Below, in pieces: positions 48,481 through 61,500 of a stretch of 64,000 nucleotides of DNA (position 1 is the first letter of the stretch; each line of letters begins with the position of its first letter). The DNA is from Felis catus (lineage: Eukaryota). The DNA is taken from assembly GCF_018350175.1 (NCBI RefSeq), contig NC_058368.1:192512001-192576000 (forward strand), in the 5' to 3' direction. The translations under genes and the position numbers were made by a program. The notes beneath the pieces were generated by a model. That model did no database searches. It was given only the letters and a program-made list of their open reading frames with translations, and had not been told where the DNA came from.

Positions 48481-49346
48481 TCACTCTGATTAATCACTGT
48501 TATACCACCTCCTAGACATCTCATTTTACAAAGAAGGAAACTAAAGTCCAGAGAAGCAGAGCCTCTGGCCCAAGGCCACACAGCAAAGCAGGGGCAGAGC
48601 AAGAACTAGGACTAGGGCATCCTGGGGCCCAGGCTTTGAGGCTCCGTTGTATCCCGGACTGTGGCCAGGGCACCTGGGCAGTTAGTGTTTGCCCTGCTCC
48701 ACAGCCAGAGCTCTGGACGGTGGGGGGAATCCAGGTCCTTGGCAAGCAAAGGAGGCAAGCCATGAAACGCCTGTACCTTTGCCCTGGAGCACTGAGCCCC
48801 GCTTTAAATCCTGTGTAATTTAAGGCAAATGTAATCCATATGGCTCTGTTCATTTACACTTAAATCTTCAAAATATTGTGTTTTAAGAGCTGTTACTTAC
48901 AAAGCCTTCAAAACCTGTTAAATAAGAGTCAGCTCCCCCATGCCTCCTTTCCACCCCCATCCCGACCCCAGGCCAGCCCCTCCCTGCACCCTCCGCTTCC
49001 CCCTTCTCAACTGGGCTCATACCCGCATATGGCCGGACTGCAAAGACACTCATTCAGACTTGGAAACCTGGATGTGGGCACAAGGAGGCTGTCACCAGGG
49101 TTTCAGAGCAGCATTATTTGTGTCCCCCCCCCCCCCCCCCCGAGGTGGAAAACAATGGACATGTCCATACATGAGAGAATGGATAAGTTGTGGCAAACTC
49201 ATACAATGTAATGCCATACAGCAGTAAGAACTAATAAACAAGACCCATACATGTCAAAATGGATGAATCTTGCCCACATATTGTGGGGAGGGAAAACCAC
49301 AATCAGTAAAAGAAAGTTATCTTATGTACTAAAAAGATCAAGTCCA

Positions 49347-49560
49347 GGGGCGCCTGGGTGGCTCAGTCGGTTAAGCGTCTGACTTCAGCTCAAGTCATGA
49401 TCTCATGGTCTGTGGGTTCGAGCCCTGCGTCGGGCTCTGTGCTGACAGCTCAGAGCCTGGAGCCTGCTTCAGATTCTGTGTCTCCCTCTCTCTGCCCCTC
49501 CCCCACTCATGCTCTGTCTCTCTCCCTCGGTCTCAAAATAATAAATCAACATTAAAAATA
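49347..49560 (+). mobile_element. Can-SINE
   Basis: ggggcgcctgggtggctcagtcggttaagcgtctgacttcagctc head, (CT)n and tail. Confidence 0.95.
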
Positions 49561-50224
49561 TTTTTTTTTGAGTCCATTTCACAGACGGTGGGTGTGGGGG
49601 GGGAGGCGAAGGAAACAATTTAATATTTGTCAGCTATGTAACACTTATTGAAAGCTTACTTGCCAGGCTCTGCAGGAGATGTTAATACTATTTTCATTTC
49701 ATAGGTGAGGCAACTGAGGCTGGAAACTTCCTCAAGGTCATGCAGCTTGTAAACCACAAGGTCAGAATACAAACTGTGGCTTTTTGCCCCCCAGCTCACA
49801 GGCCAGATCACATGCTGTTGAGGCAGGCATTGTTATTTGATCTTTACCCACAATTCTTTGAGTTTGGTTTCATTATTGCCAATTTTATAGATGAGGAAAC
49901 TGAGGCTCTGGGTCATCCAGTGACCTGTTAGTGGTTGTTCAGGGAGTTAATCCACAGAAACCAGACCAGGGAACCTCTTGATTCCTTGTCCAGTGCTCTT
50001 TCCATACCAGCCCTTGTCTGGAGATCTGGGGCCGGTGGGAGAATATGACCATTTTTACTGTTACCTTCCACTTTTTTGAAGCTGTATGCAATGTGGTTAC
50101 TTCCAAGGAGAATGAAGGCCCCAAAACCACCTCGGCCAGGTTTGGGGCACAGAGTCGTATGTAAAGGGAGAACCTCGTGGACCTTGGGTCTTGAAGCCAA
50201 CTCCACTTTCATTCGTGACCTGCC

Positions 50225-50650
50225 TCCTGTCCCTGCAACAAACAGATGGCACACTTAAATTGGGTGTTTTGAGGAGAATGTAAGAAAGAGATTATCCATA
50301 AATTTATGGGCGGGGTGTTGGAAAAGCAACAGTCCTAGTGCAAGACTCTGGGGCTGGCAGAGAAGCAGGCTGTTACCACCTAGGTCTGGGGGGTAAAGGG
50401 AGCTGCTTCGAGCTGCAGCCACTTGTAGAAGGTGCAGCAAAGCCAGAAAGGAGGGACTTGAGGAAATATGCCCAGTCTCACGCTCCTCCTTCTCTCAGAC
50501 CCCCAGCCAATACTCCTTTCAGCCAAATCCAACGGGAAATAGAAGGCAACGAGACTTGACGCAGTTCATACAGGTCAGCCTCTCAGGGCACAGAGGACCA
50601 TGGGGAGAGCCAGAAGCTGAATCCAGAGGGGCCAACAGAAGATAGTCACA
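50225..50650. mobile_element. Old ERVL-type LTR relic (LTR33-like)
   Basis: 'aacagatggcacacttaaattgggtgttttgaggaga...cagccaaatccaacgggaa...gttcatacaggtcagcctc'. Confidence 0.5.
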
Positions 50651-50699
50651 CATTCCACAGTAAATATTGGCTTTCCTTCAGACCTGCACAGCCTGACCG

Positions 50700-51365
50700 T
50701 TTCTTCCAACCTCCACAGCCCACCCCTGGTCCGAACCACTATCACCCCTTGGCTAGATTACTGCAGGAGATTCCTAGGTGGTCTCCCAGCTTCTATTATC
50801 TGTTCTTAACAATCAGAGTGATTCTTATAAATTGAAAGTCACACCATGTCACTCCTGTGCTCAAAATCTTCAAACTAAGAGCAAAGGCCAAAGTCTTTAC
50901 ATAACCTCACAAGTTCCTGTATAACCTGGCATTTCCCCCCATGCCCCCTTGACCTATTTTTCCCACTCCTCACTCTGCTGCAGCCACTCTGACTTCACTC
51001 TTCTTTGACAGGTAGGGGGAGTTCCTGCTTTAGGGCCTTTGCCGATCCCTCTGCCTGGAATGTCCTTCCTCCTGTCTCCTTCACCTCTAATCAAGTCTAA
51101 TCCTGCTCAGAGACCTACTCTGACCCTCCTTTGTAAGACTGCAAACTATTTCCCCATCTCTCACTACTACTCCTGGTCCCCATCATCTGCCTCTAGTCTT
51201 CTTTTCCCCAATCACTCAGCATCTTTGACCAGGCCCTATGACTACGTATTTGTTATGTTTATTACCTGTCTCTCCCCACTGGAACATAGGCTCCATGAGC
51301 ATGTATCTCCAGAACTTGGAAAATAGTAGGTATTCAATATGTAACCATTGGATGTTGTTGAATGA
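50700..51365 (+). mobile_element. L2 3' fragment
   Basis: 'gattactgcagg...ggtctcccagcttc...atgtcactcctgtgctcaaaatc...agggcctttgc...ctctgcctggaatgtc...ctccccactggaacataggctccatgag'. Confidence 0.8.
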
Positions 51366-52034
51366 TTACGATGAGGTTGAGGCAAGATCAGGCTTGGGAT
51401 TTTCTAGTTAGAAAATGGGAGACGATGGGTAGAGACAGTGAGAAGATTAGTGGATCCTATACGAGGGGAAGTGGAAAAAAATGTCAACATGGAATTATCT
51501 GTTATATACCTGTTAAAAGTCGTGTGTTACCAACAGATATCAAGGGCCTGAACATCAAGGGCCTTTGACTTAGCAATTCCACTTTCAAGAATTTGTACTA
51601 AAGAACATATCCTAGATTTGGGGTAAAAATTTAGTCACAATGAAATTCTTTGCAGTGTTGTTTATAAGAGTGAAAAACTGAAACCAAAGTAGGTGTCTCG
51701 CCCTTCCCCCTAATTGTGGAATATTTATCTTAACTATGTTACAGCCATCAGATGGAATACTATGCAAACATTAAATGTATTCATTGACTTGAAAATATGT
51801 TTCTGATAATTGCTCAGTGGAAAAACACATTACAAAACAGCATTACTGTCTAATCGTGTTTAAGTAAAATATATTTTATTGTCAACAGTCTGAAAAGCTA
51901 TAATCTAAAATATTAATGGCACTTAGTCTTTGGATGACCGCTACATGTGTATTTTATTTCCTTTTGTCTCTATTTTCTAATTTTGCTTCAAGGAATTTGG
52001 ACTATTTATTTTTTTAACTACATTTATACTTTTT

Positions 52035-52240
52035 TTTTTTTTTAATTTTTTTTAATGTTTATTCATTTTTGAGAGACAGGGAGAATGTAAGCAGGGGAGG
52101 GTCAGAGAGAGAGACAGAGGATTCCAAGCTGGCTCTGTGCTGACAGCAGAGAGCCGGATGTGGGGCTTGAACTCACGGACTGTGAGATCATGACCTGAGC
52201 TAAAGTCCAACGCTTCACCGACTGAGCCACCCAGGGACCC
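52035..52240 (-). mobile_element. Can-SINE
   Basis: TSD catttatacttttt at 52021-52034 and 52241-52254. Confidence 0.95.
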
Positions 52241-52346
52241 CATTTATACTTTTTAAACAGCACGTATTTATGAGTTCTTGGACAAATAACTTGACTTCTC
52301 TGGGCCTCAGTTTCCTCATATTTAAAAATAGAAATAAAAACAGCTT

Positions 52347-52534
52347 TGGGGAGGTAGGTGGGGGGATGGGTTAAACGGGTGATGGGTATTAAGGAGGTTA
52401 CTTGCTGTGATGAGCACTGGGTGTTAATATATAAGTGATGAATCACTAAATTATACTCTGAATTATACCTGAAACTAATGTTACCCTATAGGTTAACTAA
52501 CTGGAATTTAAATAAGAACTTGAAATAAACAAAC
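52347..52534 (+). mobile_element. Short carnivore L1 3' end
   Basis: 'gggtgatgggtattaaggagg...gatgagcactgggtgtt...gaatcactaaatt'. TSD aaaaa(t/c)agaaataaaaac(a/g)gctt at 52324-52346 and 52535-52557. Confidence 0.85.
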
Positions 52535-52697
52535 AAAAACAGAAATAAAAACGGCTTCAAATCCTTCCTGTTTCACAAGAGTGGTTCTTAGATGTGTACT
52601 GGAGGAACTGGCCAAAACTCTAAAAGAAGATGAAGAATTAAGAGAAATAGGATTGAAAGGGAAAAGATAAAACTATCACCATTTGTAGTGACTATGT

Positions 52698-52808
52698 ATT
52701 TTTAAAAAGTTTTTTAGCGTTTATTTTTGAGAGACAGGGTGTGAGTGGGGGAGGGGCAGAGAGCGAGGGAGACACAGAGGGAGAGGGAGGCACACACTGC
52801 AAGGGCCC
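52698..52808 (-). mobile_element. 5'-truncated Can-SINE with extra junction sequence
   Basis: Only the CT-rich 3' part and tail are present. TSD ttg(t/c)agtgactatgt at 52683-52697 and 52809-52823. Confidence 0.8.
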
Positions 52809-53197
52809 TTGCAGTGACTATGTTTATTGACTTAGAAAAATCAATTCCACCTACAAAAATTAACATCTCCCCATGCCAGCAATAGTCAACTAGAAAATAC
52901 AGTTTAAAAATATAATGCCATTCATAAGTGGTAGCAAAGACGACAGTTGCTGGGAAGTGATTAAGAATGAAGCCAAAATATTGTCTCCTTTCAGTATTTC
53001 TATTCAACATCGAAGTGTTTATTTTAGTCACTGCAATGATAAAAGAAAAATTAATGAAAGGAATACAGCTTGGAAAAGAATTAAAATTGTCTTTTTTCAC
53101 CGATTATACGATTGTGCGTGGAAAAACTTAAGAAATCTACAATAGAAACTACTAAACTCAGGACACAAGGTCAATATTTAAAAAAAATCAATTTGTA

Positions 53198-53418
53198 GGG
53201 GTGCCCAGGGGTGTCAGTCAGTCCATTAAGTGTCTGACTTCAGCTCAGGGCATGATCTCCCGGTTCATGAATTCCAGTCCCGTATGGGGCTCTGTGCTGA
53301 CAGTTCAGAGCCTGGAGCCTGCTTCGAATCCTGTGTCTCCCTTTCTTTCTGTGCCCCTCCCCCAATTGTGCTCTTTCTCTGTCTCTCAAAAATGAATAAA
53401 CATTGAAAAAAAATTTTT
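53198..53418 (+). mobile_element. Can-SINE
   Basis: ggggtgcccaggggtgtcagtcagtccattaag head, with aatcaattt flanks. Confidence 0.92.
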
Positions 53419-54480
53419 AATCAATTTTTATCTCTATGGTAGCTTGAACAGTTTAAAAATTAAATAAAAATAATATAATTACAATAACTCTAAAATCCAT
53501 AAAATTCTTAGAAATAATTTTGTTAAAAGATGTATAATACTTCTATACCAAAAGCTACAAAATATTGATAAAATACATTAAAAAGACCTAAACAAATGGA
53601 ACTCTATGCTATGTTCATAGATTAGAAGATTCAATACTGTTGAGATATTAATTCTTTCCAAATTTATGTATAGATTCAACATAATCTCATTCAAAAGTAC
53701 TGCAAAATATTAAAGATCTAATATGTGAGAACTGAAACCATAAAACTCTTAAGAAAACACAGGCAGTTATCTATATGCCATTGGCCTTAGCAACGTTTTT
53801 TAGATCTGTCTCTACAGGCAAGGGAAACAAAAGCAAAAATAAACTACTGGGATCACATCAAAATAAAAGGCTTCTGCACAGTGAAGGAAACCATTAACAA
53901 AATGAAAAAGCAATCTACTGAATAGGAGAAGGTATTTGCAAATGATGTATCTGATAAGGGGTTAATATTAAAAATATATAAAGAACTTACATGACTCAAC
54001 ACCAAAAGCCTCAAAATGATCCTATTAAAATGGGAAGAAGACGTAAATAGACATTTTTCTAAAGAAGACATACAGATGGCCAACACATGAAAAGATTCTT
54101 AACATCACTAGTCATCAGGGAAATGCAAATCAAAACCACAGTGAAATATCACCTCGCATGTGTCAGAATGGCTAGTTTCAAAAACACAAGAAATAACAAG
54201 TGTTGGCAAGGACGTAGAGAAAGGAGAAGCCTTGTGAGTTGTTGTTGGGAATGTAAATTGGTGCAACCACTGTGGAAAAATAGTATGGAGGTTCCTCAAA
54301 AAGTTAAAAATAGAAATACCATACAATCCAGTAATTCCAGTACTGACTATTTACCCAAAGAAAATGTAAACACTAATTTGAAAGACACACGCACCCTTAT
54401 GTTTATTGCAGCATTATTTACAACAGCCAAGATACAGGAGCAACCCAAGTATCCACTGATTGAATAATAAAGAAGCTGTG

Positions 54481-54681
54481 GGGGTGCCTCGGTGGCTCAG
54501 TCAGTTAAATGTCTGACTCTTGATCTCAGCTCAGTTCATGATCTCATGGTTTGTTAGTTTGAGCCCCGCATTGGGCTCTGCACTGACAGTGTGAAGCCTG
54601 CTTGGGATTCTCTCTCTCTCCTTCTCTTTCTCTGCCCCTTCCTCCACCCCCAAAATAAATAAGTAGGCTTTAAAAAAAAAA
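54481..54681 (+). mobile_element. Can-SINE inside L1
   Basis: ggggtgcctcggtggctcagtcagttaaatg head, with ctgtg flanks. Confidence 0.93.
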
Positions 54682-57600
54682 CTGTGGTGTGTGTGTGTGT
54701 GTATTCTGTATATATAGAATGGAATATTACTCAGACATAAAAAAAAAAAAAGAATGAGATATTGCTGTCTGCAACAACAGGGATGGACCCAGAGGGTATT
54801 AAATGCTAAGTGAAACAAGTCAGACAAAGACAAATACCATATGATTTTACTTATATTTGGAATCTAAAAAAAAACAAAACAAACAAGCAGAAACAGACCT
54901 ATAGAGAACAAACTGGTGGTTGCCAAAGCAGAGGGAATAGAGGGATGGGCAACACGGGTGAAGGGGAGTGAGAGGTTCAGGCTTCCAGTGGTGGAATAAA
55001 TAGGTCACGGGGATGAAAGTTACAACATAGGGAATATGGCCCATGGTACTGCAACAGCATTGTATGGTGACAGGTGGTAGCTACCTTTGTGGTGAGCATA
55101 GCATAACCTGTAAAATGGTCAAATCACTACGTTGTACACCTGAAACTAATGTAACATTGTGTGTCAACTTTACTTCAATTAAAAAAATTGTTTAAAAAAT
55201 TATAGCAAGAGTTTCTTGAAGTACAATTTAATTCTTAAATTTATATGGAAATGTAAGCAACCTTAAATGTTCAAATCAATCTTCAAAAAAGGCAACAAAG
55301 TTGAAAGACTTATCCTACCTGATTTCAAGACTCACTATAAAGCTGCAATAATCAAGGCCATGTGGTAGCGGCCTAAGATGAGATATATACATCAATAAAA
55401 TAAAATAGTGTCTGGAAATAAACTCACACAAATATACGGTCAGTTGATTTTCAGCAAAAGTTCCACAGCAATTCAATGGGGGAAAGAAACCACTTTTCAA
55501 TAAATTGTTTTAGAACAACTAGATGTATGTGTGAAAAGAAAATGAATCTGAATCCCTACCTCATACTATACCCCAAAATCAAGTCCAGAAGAATCAAGGA
55601 TCTAAATGCAAAAGTTAAAATCATAAACCATCCAGAAGCAAACAGGAGAAAATTTTCAACCTTGGGGTAGACAAATATTTCTTGGGGAGATCTCAATATG
55701 TTATGCGTGTGTTGGGGCAGAGACTATGTGGGAACTCTGTAAATTTCCACTCAACTTTGCTATGCACCAAAAACTGCTCTTAAAAGAATAGTCTGTTAAA
55801 AATTGATAAGTTAGACTTCATCAAAAATGAACTTCTGATCATCAAAAGACATCATTTAATGATGAAAAGATAAGGCATAGATAAGAGAAAAAAATATATG
55901 CATACACACACACACATACACACACACACACACATATCAAAGGAATTGCATCCAGAATATATAGGAACTCTTAACAACTCAACAATGAAAAGAACAACCC
56001 AATTTAATACAAAAAGACAAAAGAGTTATATAGATACGCTACAGGGGATATAGAAATGGCCAATAAGCCCATGAAAAGGTGCTCGACATCATAAGATATA
56101 GGGAAAAGCAAATTAAAGCCAATCTGAAATACTCACTATATACCAGAATGGCTAAAATTAAAAACACAGACAACATCAAGCGTTGGTGAGGATGTGGATC
56201 TTACATTTCTGGTTGGACTGTAAAATGGTAAAACCACTTTGGAAAATTCTTTGGCAGTTTCTTTTGAAGGTAAAATACATCTACCCTATAACCTAGCAAT
56301 TATTTTCCTAGGAATGAAATGAAAATACGCGTTATATATGTGTATAAATTTGTGTGAATATTTACAGCAGTTTTATTCCAATAGCCAAAAGATGGAGAAG
56401 CCTTAATGTCCATAATTAGGCAAATGGATAAACAACTTCTTACAATGGTATGCTATTCAGCAATAAAAAAGAGCAAGTTACTGATACATGCAATGGTATA
56501 AGCGAGTCTGAAAAACGCACTGAGTGAAGAAGGCAGCCATAAAAGTACATCTGTGATCCTATTTATTAGATGAAGCTTTAGTACAGGAGAAACTAATCTG
56601 TGGTGATGAAAATTAGGAAGGCATTTGCCTTTTGTAGGAGACTGACTTGAGTGATGGAAATGTTTTACATCTTTACTGTGGTAGTGTTACATCAGTGAAT
56701 AACATACTTGTCCAAACTCACCCAACTTAAACTCGGTGCATTTTCGTGCACACGTCATAACTCGAAACAAAAATTCCGTAAAGCTAAAAAACACTCCACA
56801 TAAGGTAAAAGGGTCTGGATCTATCAAAATTAAAGATTTTTAAAATGGAGAATAATGTAGATATAGTAAAGGGATGACAGATTGAAGGAAGGTAATTTGC
56901 ACTGCCCAAAACTAACAAGAATAAAAGCGAACTCTTGACAATGAACCAGAAAATAGCCTTAGGAGAAAATTAGCCAAGGATAGGACTTAATAGTTTACAG
57001 TTCTCAGTCAAATTGGGCATACGCATATATATTATCTGGCCATTCTATTCCTAGCTATAGATTCCAGTGAAGTCCATAAAGAACATATTCTATTATATTC
57101 AGGATAGTATTATGTGTGAGATGAGTTGATAGCAATCTGCAATCAACTGGATGGTGAGAAGTTGTATTAACTCAACCCTCTGCACCTGAGGTCACATACA
57201 CACGAACATGTTTATTGAGGACATACTATATTCCAGTTAGGATTGTGTGTTACATAAATTAACTCATTTAGTCTTCACAAGAAGGAGGAATTGTCATCAC
57301 TCCCCATTAACGGAGAAATTAAGGCACAGAGCCATCAGGTATCATTCTGAATGTCACAAAGCTAGTCACCTGCAGAACCAAGATTCCAACCCTGCAAGCC
57401 TGAAGCCCACACCATCAACTGTTTGCTATGTTTCCTCTGTATGAATGCAGGGGAAGAAACTCAGAACCTTGAGGCCCAAGACTTAGGGCCGTCCACCATG
57501 GAATATGAACAGTCCTGTAAAAATGGTTAACCCAAAGCAAGGAGGGTCTGTGCCTTCAGCCCAAATAAACATCCTGCCAGCATTTCCTCAAGTTCAACAG

Positions 57601-58029
57601 TGGAAGGGAGAGAGCCAGGTGGGAGCCCATGTGGTTTTGATAGAGTGGCCATTCAAGCGGAGCTTTAAATATTATAGTGGCACTGTTTGCGCAGTTAAAT
57701 TTAAGGATCTGTCAGTTTATGATGAATTTTTATTTTTAAGGGTTTCAAGTAAGCTGTAAACATTCACTCTGGACTGAAATTCTCCCCATTTAACACCTAA
57801 GAGGGCCACGGAGAGAGAGCAGAGTGGGGGGGGAGCTGGAGGTGAGCACGGAGGGTGCTAAGACCCTGGGCACTGGTGTCGGGGGAGACCTTCCCACCTG
57901 TATCTCCAGGAAGGGAGTTGAGGGGCCGGTACCCTATCGTGCAGGGAGGCCAACTGCTTCCCCAAAGAAAGCAAGGCCATTCTCTTCGCAACCCAATTGA
58001 GTTTCTCCTTCCCCACTTATTGTCATTAA

Positions 58030-58500
58030 ACTTCCGCAGGGAATTTATTGGTACCTGGAAAGTCAAAAGAATCTAGTTCAGCCACGGCTTAATGAAGGCA
58101 CTCAAATAATACTGCTGTCTCCTGGCCTGGTTCTGCAACGTGGGTTGCTCCCTTCTCAGAACATGCTGTACCTCCATAGTAGCAAAACAACAAAAGAGAT
58201 TATCACCGCTCACATGTCCTTCACAGCCTTACACCTACTGAAAAGAGAAGGCAGGAGTCCCTCCCATCTGGACTCTGATTGGCTGGAGTTGGGCCACATG
58301 CGCATCCCTGGACCAATCACCAGAGGGAGGCGTAAGGGGCGGGCTGAGCCGCTGAGTCTTTCGAGTCAAGTGTGGAATTTGGGCCAAACCGTTTGGGCTG
58401 AGGGTGGTAGAGGAGTGGTGCCCTGCAGGACACTGGGGGTACCGGGGCCGGGTTTGGGGGTGAGGCCGCTGGGTAGGAAAAAACCCCAGCTGTCTACTGC
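58030..58500. mobile_element. Old MaLR LTR relic (MLT1J/K-like)
   Basis: 'ctctgattggctggagttgggccacatgcgcatccctggaccaatcacc'. Confidence 0.55.
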
Positions 58501-61500
58501 AATAATCACTACCATTTTACAGAGGAGAAAGCAGAGGCTGAAATGTTACCACTTTGAGTGAGGTCATCCAATGTTGGACGGGACTGTCATCCACGTCTCC
58601 CTTACCACAGAGCCCGCAGGATTTCCGCAAGACCTAATTGCCTCTCAATCCAGAGGGAGAAGGAGATTCCTTAACCCAGGCTGCTAGCTACCTTCCCTCT
58701 TGAGCTTTGGGTCACCTTCCTGCCCCGAGCTCAAAAGGCAGCAGCCAAGAGGAGGAAGAGGCTTGAGACGACGTCACGTGGGGAATTCCTGAAGGCACTT
58801 GGGTGGCTTGGAGAAGACTTGTAGCTGAGAGGCGCCCCCAACTTCCGGGCACCTTCCTGGGAGCAGTCCATGCAGCTGCCAACGCCAGAGCGGGGGCCGG
58901 TGGGTACAAACCACAAGGAGGTAGATACAAGAGAAACCCATAGACACTGAGGGCTGTTTCAGGGTGCAGGGGGATAGGAGAAGGGGCCCAGAGAAGGAAG
59001 AGGAAGGAGGGAGGAAGGAAGGAGAGGGGTGGAGTGGGAGGGGCAAGCAGGGGCCCACCGGATGCCCTGAACTTGCCCAGATGATTCCCAGGGCATCTTG
59101 TGCGTTGGTCATAAGGTCAACTCTGTGACGTGGGATTCTCAGACGGTGACTTAGCTAAGTCAGCAGCAAAACCCAGACAGAAATTGTCATCTCCTAATCC
59201 TCCCTCCCCGAGCCAGGAGACACCTCCTAAATTCCAGCCCAAATGGTTTCTATGGAGCCCTAGTGACAAGAAAGTACGGCGGTGAGACCTCAGCCTTCGC
59301 CTCCGTCAGAGTGGGTTTGAATCCTTCCCTGACACTCCCCAGCTGTGTAATAGGGAACAGGGCACTTCTCGTCTCTGAGCCTCTGCCTCATCTGAAAACG
59401 AGAAGGATTCCCACCTCCCAGGGCTGTGTGAGAACCTAGTGAGCTAATGCGTGCCAAGTGCCCGGATGGAGTGAGAGCCCAGCACACCTGGAGTAACTGT
59501 GCATCTGGAACCCCCTCGGGGTCCTACCCACTTCGGGCCCTTGCACAGCGCCCCCCACTGATTCAGAAATAGGTTCCAGGTGCCACAGACAGGAAGTGGA
59601 GGGGCCCCCTCCCCAGGCCTCCTCTAGCCTGCCTCCTGGTGCCCACCGACACACAGGTCTCTTTCACCTCCAACTGCAAGAACCGGGCAGCTGATTTAGG
59701 AGTGTGCTCAGGGCCCAGAATGTAAACCGTTTCTCACCAGGAATGTGTAAACAACCCATAAAGCAAAGGATTTGGGGCCTAGTCACGTGGCCCGGCTGCC
59801 CATAAAACCAAAGCATTGATGTCTGCTCTCCAGCAAGCTTCTAAGCCAGGGGAATGATGGAGGGGCTGCGTCCTGGGAACCTGTAATCTCCCACCATACA
59901 TCTGAGGTGGCATGTTTGAAGTCCTAGGATGAGTTATTTATATTATTTTTGTGCTGCGTACTGAAAGGGCATTAGCCCAAACTGCTGGCAATGGGGCTTA
60001 CAGCAACCTGGCCACTTAAAAATATAGGGGGGGGGGGAAGGTATCCCTCTGGCAAGTCGATCATGAGCCTGAGTTTCTCTGGGCAGCCATATAATCAAAG
60101 CCAGATCGTCTAGTTTAGACTTCCCCACGCCCAGCTGTTCAAGGACCACCTTCTCAATTTCTGCCATATCCTGGTACCACCTGATCTATTATTTATTTAA
60201 TGGCATTTACTTTAAATCAGTACTTTTTTTTTTTTTTTTTTTTACTTAGCTTCAATCCAGACAATATCCATGAAATCAGGTATTTGGTATCTTAGTTTAA
60301 TTCTTTTCTACATTAAAATATATTCACAAGGTAAAACAACAAATGTTCACTTTGTGTTATATGAAATTATCTAGCTTACCACTAGTGTACCACAATTTGG
60401 GAACCACTGACCTGGTGGAACATGTTTATTATACAAATTGGGAAGTTGAGGCCCATAGAGGAAGGGTCTTACCCAAGGTCACGCAGCCATTAGGGGCTGG
60501 ACTGGGAGCTACCTATTTAATGAGCATTTACTCTGCACTCAGCCCTTGGCTAAGCCCATTATTCAGATTTCCCGATTCACGTAACAATGAGGTGGTGTCT
60601 GTCACTGTCTCGATTTTGCAGATGAGGGAGCTGAAGCCGAGGTTAAGTGGCTTGTCCAAGACCACATAGCTAGTCAGTTGCTCGACCAGCATTTTAAGTC
60701 AGGTCAGCCTGACTTCAAAGCCTGGCTCTTAATCATCCAGGGGAAAGAGGGAGGGGAGAAAGGAAGGAAGGAATGGAATATTTATTAAGTGCTAGCAACC
60801 TTTACATCTATTGCTGTCTCCTACTCTACTCACCTATTCACTGTCCTCCTCCCATAAAATACTCCTCAGGACCTGGAGTCGCCACAAAGAGCAGTGTCTC
60901 ACCCCCAAGGCTTTGGGCACAAGGATAGATATTTAAATTCCAAGGCCCCAGTGTGAGTTTGCAAAAGCATGCTCTCTACCACTCAGACCCTTAGCGGAGG
61001 CCTTGACCCAGCTGTGGCTGTGAGTATCTCTGGATCAGGCAGACCTGAGATCAAATCCCAGCTCTTCTCCCTAATTAAGTAAGCTGGGGAAGCCACTCAA
61101 CCCCTCCAAGCCTCAGCACCCTGTGTATTCACTGGGAATAACGTAAATGCCTACCCCATGGGATTTTAGTGAATGGTAAAGCACACTGCCTGTGAAGTGT
61201 TTTGCACAGTGCCTGGCCCATGGCACTCAGTGTTATTTAAAAAAAAAAAAAGGGGGGATCATACATGCGTGTAATGAAGAATGGCCCACATCTCCTCCAA
61301 GACTCCAAGAGCAGATTGTAGCCATCTCATGGACCACACTAAGGGTGGCTGGAAGATGCCAAACAAAGCACTGGGGGAAAGAGAATGGGCCAAGGAGCAG
61401 AAAAGGCAGGTCCTGCACCTGGCCCCACACTACCAAGAAGTGCGAGGGCTTGTGCCAGCCACAGGGCCTTGCCAAGGCTGTTTTCTCAACTGCCCAGTGG

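Larger units (their letters stand above)
52580..57170 (+). mobile_element. Nested L1 mosaic (old L1M host with younger L1 and SINE insertions)
   Basis: L1 ORF2/3'UTR phrases throughout. A younger L1 3' end spans ~53720-55190 (ORF2 remnant 'MKRFLTSLVIREMQIKTTVKYHL'), and an L1MC-type 3' end is nested at ~55700-55800. Confidence 0.85.

Noticed and set aside
54087..54467. L1 ORF2-like peptide as a functional CDS
   Set aside because: A short, frameshifted C-terminal remnant of a 5'-truncated L1. The same applies to 29716-30270 and 11991-12964.
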